A stretch of DNA of 24,000 nt, taken from the NCBI GenBank assembly GCA_963756365.1, contig CAVWNF010000003.1, positions 106,598 through 130,597 of the forward strand. Reading direction: 5' to 3'. The notes under the pieces are model-generated. The model did not search any database and was not told the origin of the DNA. It worked only from the letters and a program-made list of their open reading frames with translations. Origin of the DNA: an uncultured Actinomycetes bacterium. Lineage in GTDB: Bacteria; Actinomycetota; CADDZG01; WHSQ01. Below are positions 1-6,569 of the stretch, piece by piece (within the stretch, counting starts at the first letter, position 1; the number at the start of each line of letters is the position of its first letter). The position numbers were made by a program, and so were the translations under genes.

Positions 1-320
1 CGCGTCCGGAGTCGCATCCGGAGACGTATCCAAGGAAGCGAAGCAGCAGGCGCGAGGATCTCAAGCTGATCCGACAGGCTGCTCAGGTTCTGGGCGAGAT
101 CGACCGCAACCAGGGACTTGCGGACGTACATGCGGATGTTCTCGCAGCCCTGAGGATCAGGATCGAAGGGAAACCCCGCGGCGAAGCTCGAGGATCTTCT
201 ATCTGCGGCCGGTGACATCGGTGGCAAGAAGGACCTAGGCGACGTGATCGGTTCAGACGAGCCGTCGGGCAGTTCCGAGTGGCCCGTGGTCGAAGAGAAG
301 AAGAGAGACTGGCCCGGGGC

Positions 321-767
321 CTAGCACCTGTCCGCAGGGTCCTCCGGCTCAACCACTTTCCCGAGGACGTCCACCAGGTTCGCGAGGTCGGATGGCTCGA
401 GAAGATCGATGAAGACCTGCCTCACGGTCTCGAAATGACTCTCCGACAACACGGCCAACCGAAGCGCTCCAGCCTCCGTTAGCACCGCTTCGGTACCGCG
501 CGCATCGCCGAGACAGCGTTCGCGCGTTACCAGGCCTTCGGCCACCAGGGAGTCCACGAGGCGCGTCACCCCGCTGCGCGACAACATCACCCGGTTCGCC
601 AGTTCGGACATCCTCATCCGGCCGGCGGACTCACGCTCCAGCCACCTAAGTACCTCGAAGGCGGACAGGCTCATCCCCTCCTGGGAGAGAAGCTCCGAGT
701 CCAGCTTCCGGACGATCTGGTAGTGAGCCCGGAGGAAGGAGCGCCACGCGCTGCGCCTCCAGGTCAT
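321..767 (-). CDS. MarR-family transcriptional regulator
   Basis: Translation has a winged-helix MarR pattern (LSAFEVLRWLERESAGRMRMSELANRVMLSRSGVTRLVDSLVAEGLVTRE...DARGTEAVLTEAG). The ORF track starts at 821, but the ATG at 767 (MTWRRSAW...) gives a typical length. Start is uncertain. Stop is TAG. Confidence 0.85.
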   Translation of the reverse strand: MTWRRSAWRSFLRAHYQIVRKLDSELLSQEGMSLSAFEVLRWLERESAGRMRMSELANRVMLSRSGVTRLVDSLVAEGLVTRERCLGDARGTEAVLTEAGALRLAVLSESHFETVRQVFIDLLEPSDLANLVDVLGKVVEPEDPADRC

Positions 768-879
768 CCAGACCCTGGGTCCTCGTTGCGGGAGCACCAT
801 CTGTTGCTGCCATCCCCCCACCCTAGGGGAGCGAAGGCCCGGCGCCCAGGAAGCTGGCGGTGACCGGAGATAGTTGAGT

Positions 880-910
880 AGGAAATAATTGCGTACGCAA
901 CGATGTTCCT
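880..910. promoter_or_regulatory. Candidate MarR operator in the divergent MarR/YceI intergenic region
   Basis: Perfect 12-bp palindrome TTGCGTACGCAA at 889-900, flanked by outer inverted AGGAA (880-884) and TTCCT (906-910). It lies in a locally AT-richer stretch between the divergent genes. Confidence 0.4.
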
Positions 911-959
911 CAGGGTAAGAGGCGCCTGAAGCGGGCGCCGGTGAGCCAAGGGGAACGAC

Positions 960-1520
960 ATGACGACAGCAACTGAGCTAGCGACGAGGGATCTCACTGG
1001 GACGTGGGCGATCGACGCCGTTCATTCGAGCCTCGGATTCAGCACCAAGCACATGGTGATCACGAAGGTTACCGGCAGCTTTCAGAAGTTCGAAGGCTCC
1101 TTCAGCATCGGTTCCGAGCCGTCCGAGATGTCCGCGACGGCAAGCATCGACGCAGCCAGCATCTTCACTGGATCTCAGGATCGAGATGCTCACCTCAAGA
1201 GCTCGGACTTCCTCGATGTCGAGACATTCCCGACGCTTGCTTTCGCAGCAACCTCCGTCGAGCTTCTCTCGGACAAGACCGGACGTGTCACCGGCGACCT
1301 GACGATCAAGGACGTCACGCGGCCCGTGACGTTGGACGTCGAACTTGAAGGCATCACCACCGACGCGTTCACGGGCGCATCCCGCGTCGCTTTCACCGCG
1401 ACCGGCAGCTTCGATCGCGAGGAGTTCGGCCTCACCTACAACAAGGTCCTCGAGACCGGTGGGGTACTCGTTGGCAAGGAGATCAAGTTGACCCTCGACA
1501 TCGGAGCGGTCAAGCAGTAG
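960..1520 (+). CDS. YceI-family (polyisoprenoid-binding-like) protein
   Basis: 186-aa ORF with YceI-like pattern (WAIDAVHSSLGFSTKHMVITKVTGSFQKFEGSF...DRDAHLKSSDFLDVETFPTLAF). AAGGGGA lies upstream of the ATG. Confidence 0.9.
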   Translation: MTTATELATRDLTGTWAIDAVHSSLGFSTKHMVITKVTGSFQKFEGSFSIGSEPSEMSATASIDAASIFTGSQDRDAHLKSSDFLDVETFPTLAFAATSVELLSDKTGRVTGDLTIKDVTRPVTLDVELEGITTDAFTGASRVAFTATGSFDREEFGLTYNKVLETGGVLVGKEIKLTLDIGAVKQ

Positions 1521-1525
1521 TACTG

Positions 1526-2445
1526 CTACTCGCCAGGCTCCCTTTCCCGGAGGAAGCGCTCGAACTCGGCAGCGAGCGCGTCTCCGGACGGGAGCTGGGT
1601 GGGGTCTATCGGGTCAGGCTCGTCCGGATCCTCGTCCATACGGCTCTCAAGGAGATGGACGTACTCCATGATGTCGTCGTCTGAGTTCACCATCTCGTCG
1701 ACGCGCTCTTCGTAACCTGCTGTGGCCGCGACGAGGGGCCCGATGTCGGCCGGAAGCCCGAGCAGCTTCGTGGCGCCGTTTACCAGCGCCAGCGCTGCCT
1801 TGGGGTTGGGCGTCACGGCAAGGTAGTGGGGGACCGCCGCCCATAGGCTGGCCGAATCGATCCCCGCCGCCGCGAAATCGTGGTGGATCGACTCCGACTA
1901 TCCCTGTCGGCCCCTCGTAGCGAGAACGCTCTAGATCCAGCTCTTGGATGAGACGTGGCTCGACCCCGGTCGCCGTCACCGGTACCGGACGAGAATGCGG
2001 GACGTCGGCGAGGAGTGCCCCCAGCGTTACGACGAGGGAGACGTTGAATCTCTGCCCGATCTCGACCACCAGGCGGGAGAAGGTCTGCCACTTCAGGGAC
2101 GGCTCGGTGCCAACCAGGATGAGGGCATCCCGGTCGTGTCCCTCAGAGGGTTGCAGCGAACAGTTCGTTCTGAGGCCACGAGATCTTCCGAGTCATCTCG
2201 TCGGTAAGCGTGATCTCGGGACGGACGTTCTGGAAATCGAAGAAGTCCTCGGGATCGATGGATCCGATCTTCTGAGCACCCCAGGTGGTGCTCAGGTGTC
2301 GAGCGGCGAACGTCGCCGAGTCGCCGGCATCGTTCCAGCCGCGGAACGCCAGCACGAGGATGGGCGAGCGAGGCTCGATGCCGTCGAGGTCGAGGGTGAC
2401 GCGGGGGTCGTTCACGACCATCAGGCTACCCGGAGCCGGTGACAA
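1526..2445 (-). pseudogene. PAC2-family protein (proteasome assembly chaperone 2-like), split over three frames as assembled
   Basis: Three consecutive minus-strand ORF pieces (2445-2143, about 2140-1890, 1897-1526) read collinearly as one PAC2-type protein: LVLAFRGWNDAGDSA...WPQNELFAATL / EGHDRDALILVGTEPSLKWQTF...YEGPTGIVGV / IHHDFAAAGIDSASLWAAVPHYLAVTPNPKAALALV. Frame breaks lie near 2145 and 1889. Start is TTG 2445 or ATG 2421. Confidence 0.85.
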
Positions 2446-2454
2446 ACCTGGTGG

Positions 2455-3111
2455 CTAGGAAGTGGCGTCCCGGCTGTCGATGTGGCGCTGAAGCTTGCGC
2501 TTGATCCGTTGGAGCGCATTGTCGATCGACTTGACGTGGTTACCGAGGACCCTGGCGATCTCCTCGTACGACTTGCCATCCATGTAGAGCGTGAGCACGT
2601 CGCTCTCGAGGTCCGTCAGGTTCTCCTTCAGAGAGGCCTTCAGGGCTTCGATCTCCTCGGAGGAGATGACCAACTCGACCGGATCGGCAGTCTTGGACGC
2701 GAGCAGCGTCTCGCCGATGGAGCCGTCCGAAGGATCGTCCCCGCCGTATGCGGGTGCATCCAGCGACACGGATGAGTTGAGCGGCTTGTGCTTGTTGCGG
2801 TTGGCGGTCTTGATCGCGGTGAGGATCTGGCGGGAGATGCAGAGTTCGGCGAACGCTCGGAACGGAGTGTCCTGGTCGAGGTCGAAGTCGCGGATCGCCT
2901 TGTAGAGGCCGATCATCCCTTCCTGAACGACGTCCTCTTTGTCTGAGCCTGCCAGGAAGTAGGAGCGGGCCTTCGCCCTGGCGAATCCGCGGTAGCGGCT
3001 GAGGAGCCCTTCGAGGGCCCGCTCATCGCCGTCCCGGACCTGGGCGACCAGAGTCCGATCCTCAGATTGTTCGAGGTCCGGTACAGCAGTGGTCCTGGCT
3101 ACTCCAGTCAT
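2455..3111 (-). CDS. sigH: Sigma-70 family sigma factor of the Bacillus SigH/Spo0H type (not the actinobacterial ECF SigH)
   Basis: Collinear with my recollection of B. subtilis SigH. Shared blocks are RAKARSYFLxGxDxEDxVQEGMIGLYKxIRDF, FxAFAELCIxRQIxTAIKTAxRxKHxPLNS, LSDLE..VL.LY.DGxSYxEI and HVKSIDNALQRxKRKL. Confidence 0.85.
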   Translation of the reverse strand: MTGVARTTAVPDLEQSEDRTLVAQVRDGDERALEGLLSRYRGFARAKARSYFLAGSDKEDVVQEGMIGLYKAIRDFDLDQDTPFRAFAELCISRQILTAIKTANRNKHKPLNSSVSLDAPAYGGDDPSDGSIGETLLASKTADPVELVISSEEIEALKASLKENLTDLESDVLTLYMDGKSYEEIARVLGNHVKSIDNALQRIKRKLQRHIDSRDATS

Positions 3112-3190
3112 CTACGACTCCCCCGCCGTCGCTGCTACAGCGCCCCGCCGCGACGACACAGTCTCGATCCTCTGGAAATCAGGTTATTTA

Positions 3191-3207
3191 TCCGATTTGG
3201 TATCGGA
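3191..3207. promoter_or_regulatory. Palindrome upstream of the sigH-like gene (possible operator)
   Basis: TCCGAT-ttggt-ATCGGA (6-bp arms, 5-nt spacer) in the AT-richest part of the 3112-3388 intergenic region, about 80-95 nt upstream of the sigma start codon. Confidence 0.25.
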
Positions 3208-3388
3208 CAATGCCCCATGTGGGTGGTTGATGCCCCTCTAGGATAACTAGTCCAGAGATCTTCACCGTGCCCACATCCGATCTTTACCCCGTCCCCCGCT
3301 TACTATGCCCCTTCGGAGGTGCGGGCATCGATGGTTTCTGCGTGAGATCGGCACAATCCTCCTAGGATCCGAGATTTTTTCGCGGTCT

Positions 3389-3480
3389 GGAGGCGAAAGG
3401 GGACTGGTGTCCCTCCCGGTCTTCAAAACCGGTGCGCCGGGCAACCCCCGGTGGGCGGGTTCGATTCCCGTCCGCCTCCG
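3389..3480 (+). tRNA. selC: tRNA-Sec (selenocysteine tRNA, anticodon UCA)
   Basis: 92 nt. Acceptor GGAGGCG pairs with CGCCTCC and the discriminator is G. The D-stem is 6 bp (GGGGAC/GTCCCT) with a 4-nt loop TGGT, a tRNA-Sec hallmark. The anticodon stem CCGGT/ACCGG carries loop CTTCAAA (TCA at 3423-3425). There is a long variable arm (CCGGG-caac-CCCGG) and a T-arm GCGGG-TTCGATT-CCCGT. No CCA is encoded. Confidence 0.85.
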
Positions 3481-3556
3481 CTTTCGCTCCGGCGGACCCG
3501 CCGAGCCGCGGCGGGTCCGATGACCGTCCGCCTCCGCTTTCGCTCCGGCGGACCCG
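3454..3556 (+). repeat. Head-to-tail duplication (period 56 nt) of the tRNA-Sec T-arm, 3' acceptor strand and 20-nt trailer
   Basis: 3454-3500 aligns to 3510-3556 at 44 of 47 positions. The core is a perfect 33 nt (3468-3500 = 3524-3556, CCGTCCGCCTCCGCTTTCGCTCCGGCGGACCCG). All three mismatches fall in the T-loop/T-stem part of copy 2. Confidence 0.9.
3493..3519. other. GC-rich hairpin 13 nt downstream of tRNA-Sec
   Basis: CGGACCCGCCG (3493-3503) pairs perfectly with CGGCGGGTCCG (3509-3519), with a 5-nt loop and no U-tract. The right arm is the T-arm-like start of repeat copy 2. The left arm is also nearly complementary to the genuine T-arm 5' strand. Confidence 0.5.
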
Positions 3557-3559
3557 ACC

Positions 3560-4510
3560 TCAGATCTCTATGCGGGAAAGCGTGCCGTCGGTTTCGTTCG
3601 TTACCCAGACGACTCCGTCGAGCTCGACCATCTCTCTGGGTCCTCCTCCGACCGTGTACACGGCCTCGATCTCAAGGGGGTCCGCACTGAGGACGGTGAC
3701 GGTGCCATCCGCTTGGTCGGCCACCCATACGCGCCCATCGATCACTTGCACTTCCACGGGGCCGGAACCGGTCTCTATCGAATCGACGACATCGAAGGTC
3801 TCGGGATCGACGACATCGAGTGTGCCTGCTGTGAAGGCGGCGACCCACACACGTCCGAGCCCGACCGCGACACCGTCCGGGCCGAAACCAACCTCGCCGG
3901 TACCGACGACCTCCCCCGTGTCCGCATCGACCACGGTGATGCTCGAGTCGTAGTACCCGGTAGCCCAGACCAGCCCATCTGCGGCCGCGAGGCGGCGGGG
4001 CTCTTGACCCACATCCACTGTCGCTACGACTTTGTTAGTGGTTGGGTCGATCTTGGCGATGCGGTCTTCCCCTTCGATCGTGACCCACATGGCGTCATCG
4101 GCCACTGCTAAGCCCTCGGGTTGCTCACCCACATCGATCTCGGCGACCTCTTTCTCCGTCGCTGGGTCGATCCGCGACACGGTCCCGGCCAGGTGGTTAG
4201 CGACCCAGACAGCGTCGTGTCCGAAGGCAACGTTGAGAGCCCCCGCGCCGGTCTTTATCGTCGCGGTCACCGTGCCCGTAGCGGGGTCGACCCTCGAGAT
4301 CCCATCGGCCTCCCATGAGGCGACCCACAACGAACCGGCCCCCGCGGCGATCCCGACCGGGCGCCCGGCGACCTCCGCCCCCACCTCGGCGTCAACTGCG
4401 GCCGGGCTCGACGGCGCGGGTGTTCCCTTGGCGGGCGGCTCCGCAATGTTCTTGTCGCCACCGCAGGCGGATAGCAGCAGTACTGCGAAGACGGCGACGG
4501 CTCGTCGCAT
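3560..4510 (-). CDS. Lipoprotein with about seven beta-propeller repeats (YVTN/NHL/Vgb-like)
   Basis: Signal peptide with lipobox (MRRAVAVFAVLLLSACGG). About 40-aa units recur with the pattern G..P.g.a..dg.vWVan...gtvsrIDp.t..vv..i.vG. Confidence 0.75.
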   Translation of the reverse strand: MRRAVAVFAVLLLSACGGDKNIAEPPAKGTPAPSSPAAVDAEVGAEVAGRPVGIAAGAGSLWVASWEADGISRVDPATGTVTATIKTGAGALNVAFGHDAVWVANHLAGTVSRIDPATEKEVAEIDVGEQPEGLAVADDAMWVTIEGEDRIAKIDPTTNKVVATVDVGQEPRRLAAADGLVWATGYYDSSITVVDADTGEVVGTGEVGFGPDGVAVGLGRVWVAAFTAGTLDVVDPETFDVVDSIETGSGPVEVQVIDGRVWVADQADGTVTVLSADPLEIEAVYTVGGGPREMVELDGVVWVTNETDGTLSRIEI

Positions 4511-4564
4511 GGGGTTCCCTTCTCTCTACTACGCCGGTAGTAGATCATGCCGCGACCGAGGCTG

Positions 4565-5228
4565 CTAGAGCCAGTCGGTGACCTCATGCACGGTCTTCTT
4601 GGCGATATCGGGCACGTGGGCATCGTCGGCCTGTAGGCCGGCGGTCACGATCAGATAGGGGCGCTCGGTGCGGGGCCTGTTCAAGACCTCGCGCAGGAAC
4701 CCCATCGGTGAGGGGGTGTGGGTCAGCGTGGCAGAGCCCCGCGTGATGAAGGGCCGCCAGCATGAACCCCACCGCTATCCCTACCGATTCCTTGATGTAG
4801 TAGCCCTTTGGGCCCCCACTCCCAGGGTGAACCTCGAATACGACGATCAGATAGGGGGCGGTTTCCAGGTGCTCCTTGGTCCAGTCTGTGCCGAGTGGGG
4901 CAAGGGCATCGAGCCACTCCTGGGAGGCCCTGCCTTCGTAGAAGGCGCGTTCCTCGGCCTCTGCGCGCTGCCTGATCTGACTCTTGATGTCAGGGTCCTC
5001 GACGACGACGAATCGCCACGGCTGGATGTTGGCTCCCGATGGGGCTGAGTTCGCCACCGCTAGGGCATCCTCGATCAGCGAGCGGGGCACGGGCTCTGTC
5101 GAATAGTGCCGGATCGTGCGTCGGCTGAGCATCCGTTCCCGGAATCTCGAGGAGACCTCGGCCGCCTCGGAAGGAGCTACCGCGGGGGCCGGCGCCGGGA
5201 TCGTGCGGTACCTACTGTCCCTATCCAT
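4565..5228 (-). pseudogene. Nitroreductase-family protein (iodotyrosine-deiodinase-like subgroup), one frame break as assembled
   Basis: The N-terminal 165 aa are typical (RRTIRHYSTEPVPRSLIEDALAVANSAPSGANIQPWRFVVVEDP...). After ...GFMLAALHHAGL the homologous C-terminus (ATLTHTPSPMGFLREVLNRPRTERPYLIVTAGLQADDAHVPDIAKKTVHEVTDWL*) continues in another frame. The break is near 4733. Confidence 0.85.
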
Positions 5229-6249
5229 GGACCGAGGTTACTCAGCGGCGCGGCATGGGGGTGGGAATGTGTCCTCCCTCCCCTTTAGTGTGGCCCTCGT
5301 GGCACATGCGGAGTCTCAGCCCAAGAAGAAGAGGACGTCCACGGCGACCTCCGCCTTCGGCGTGAGCAAACGCGAGGGCCATGACGCGAGTGGCTTCTAC
5401 TCGCGCTTCGTCCCGCCGGAGATATCGACCGACGAGACGGTCAACCCGACCGAGGCGAACATCCTCGTCGAGGGGGATGCCCGCGCGATGGATCGGGTCG
5501 CGGACAACTCGGTCGCGCTGGTCGTCACGTCTCCTCCGTATTACGTGGGCAAGGAATACGAGCAGGCCTTGGGTGAGGGCGAGATCCCTGGCTCGTACCT
5601 CGAGTACCTCGCACTTCTTCGAGACGTGTTCGCCGAATGCCGTCGGGTTCTCGAGCCCGGCGGGCGCCTGTGCGTGAACGTTGCCAATCTCGGGAGGAAG
5701 CCGTACCGGAGCCTCTCGTCGGACGTGATCACGATCCTTCAAGACGACCTCGGACTGCTCCTTCGTGGAGAGGTGATCTGGCTGAAGGCCGACGGCGCCT
5801 CGGGGTCGTGCGCATGGGGGTCGTACCGGAGCGCATCGAATCCGGTGCTGCGCGACACCACAGAGCGGATCATCATCGCAAGCAAGGGCCGCTTCGATCG
5901 CGCCGGATCCAAGGGGGCCAAGAAGAAGCGCAAGGCAGCTGGGCTCCCCCACGAGGACGACATCGAGGCCGAGGAGTTCACTCAAGCGACGCTCGACGTA
6001 TGGCGCATCCGTCCCGAGTCGGCCAAACGCGTCGGGCATCCAGCACCCTTTCCTGTCGAGTTGCCGGAGCGGTGCATCCGTTTGTTCACCTATGTCGATG
6101 ACATCGTCCTCGACCCCTTCGTTGGCTCGGGGTCGAGTTGCGTCGCCGCCGTGCGCACCGGCCGCAGGTACATCGGATACGACCTCGATGGTTCCTACAT
6201 CGAGTTGGCCCGAGAGCGCGTGGATCGCGAACAGCCGGAGCCCGCCTAG
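5227..6249 (+). CDS. Beta-class DNA methyltransferase (N4-cytosine/N6-adenine family), SPPY motif
   Basis: Motif IV is LVVTSPPYYVGKEYE and it precedes motif I VLDPFVGSGSSCVAA. HPAPFPVELPERCI lies between them. This IV-before-I order defines the beta class. Start is uncertain: ATG 5227, or GTG 5290 or 5299. The 5116 start in the ORF track would overlap the nitroreductase. Confidence 0.85.
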   Translation: MDRGYSAARHGGGNVSSLPFSVALVAHAESQPKKKRTSTATSAFGVSKREGHDASGFYSRFVPPEISTDETVNPTEANILVEGDARAMDRVADNSVALVVTSPPYYVGKEYEQALGEGEIPGSYLEYLALLRDVFAECRRVLEPGGRLCVNVANLGRKPYRSLSSDVITILQDDLGLLLRGEVIWLKADGASGSCAWGSYRSASNPVLRDTTERIIIASKGRFDRAGSKGAKKKRKAAGLPHEDDIEAEEFTQATLDVWRIRPESAKRVGHPAPFPVELPERCIRLFTYVDDIVLDPFVGSGSSCVAAVRTGRRYIGYDLDGSYIELARERVDREQPEPA

Positions 6250-6352
6250 TTTGGTGCAGTTGGCGGAATGCCTTGCCACTCCGTATGTCTCTGCATCAGG
6301 CTGTGAGAGACATGCGCCGCATGAGGCGCATCTGGATGAGGGAGGCGCGCTC

Positions 6353-6508
6353 GTGGCCGATCATTACGATGCAGAGGTCAATCGGGGAGACCTGGACGTC
6401 GGTTCTCTTACGAAGAAGCTCAACAAGAGACATGACGAAGGCTGGAAGCTCGCTCACATCTTCGAGCAGGCAGGTAACACCGTGATGATCTGGCAGAAGG
6501 AACGCTAG
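6353..6508 (+). CDS. Small protein, possibly DUF4177-like
   Basis: GTG start preceded by GAGGGAGG at 7 nt. The C-terminus LTKKLNKRHDEGWKLAHIFEQAGNTVMIWQKER resembles small actinobacterial DUF4177 proteins as I remember them. Followed by a strong hairpin. Confidence 0.4.
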   Translation: MADHYDAEVNRGDLDVGSLTKKLNKRHDEGWKLAHIFEQAGNTVMIWQKER

Positions 6509-6522
6509 AGACCCAGCACGCG

Positions 6523-6552
6523 AGAAGGGCCCGGCATGTGCCGGGCCCTTCT
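6523..6552. terminator. Bidirectional terminator-like hairpin between convergent genes
   Basis: AGAAGGGCCCGGCA (6523-6536) and TGCCGGGCCCTTCT (6539-6552) form a near-perfect 13-14 bp GC-rich stem between stop codons at 6508 (+) and 6570 (-). Confidence 0.6.
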
Positions 6553-6569
6553 ACTTCCGTCTGTTGCGC

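Noticed and set aside
1-324. Possible coding sequence at the left edge. A plus-strand reading (…EDLKLIRQAAQVLGEIDRNQGLADVHADVLAAL… then …AAKLEDLLSAAGDIGGKKDLGDV…WPGA*) ends at TAG 322-324. An alternative minus-strand open frame runs from ATG 218 off the window edge.
   Set aside because: The plus-strand reading needs one frame change between about 154 and 213. Neither reading matches a family I recognise, and third-position GC is similar for both. I cannot decide by eye, so no feature is called. The 83-352 minus ORF in the track is Arg-rich and looks spurious.
1513-1527. 15-nt palindrome AGCAGTA-g-TACTGCT spanning the convergent YceI and PAC2 stop codons
   Set aside because: It is too short, and its 1-nt centre cannot support a stable terminator hairpin. 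It is probably a by-product of two TAG stops placed back to back.
3361-3388. T6 tract (3375-3380) with CCTAGG/GGATCC palindromes just upstream of tRNA-Sec, considered as a terminator or small RNA 3' end
   Set aside because: No convincing GC-rich stem precedes the T-run, and no upstream gene on the plus strand would need termination there.
3432-4568. Plus-strand ORFs 3432-3953, 3713-4111 and 4032-4568 opposite the lipoprotein gene
   Set aside because: They are Ser/Thr/Pro/Arg-rich shadow ORFs. The first runs through the tRNA-Sec 3' end and the repeat. The minus-strand lipoprotein has a lipobox and regular propeller repeats.
5242-6279. 345-aa ORF antisense to the methyltransferase
   Set aside because: It is Arg/Gly/Pro-rich with low complexity and no motifs, and it fully shadows a gene with clear catalytic motifs. 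This is a typical high-GC antisense ORF.
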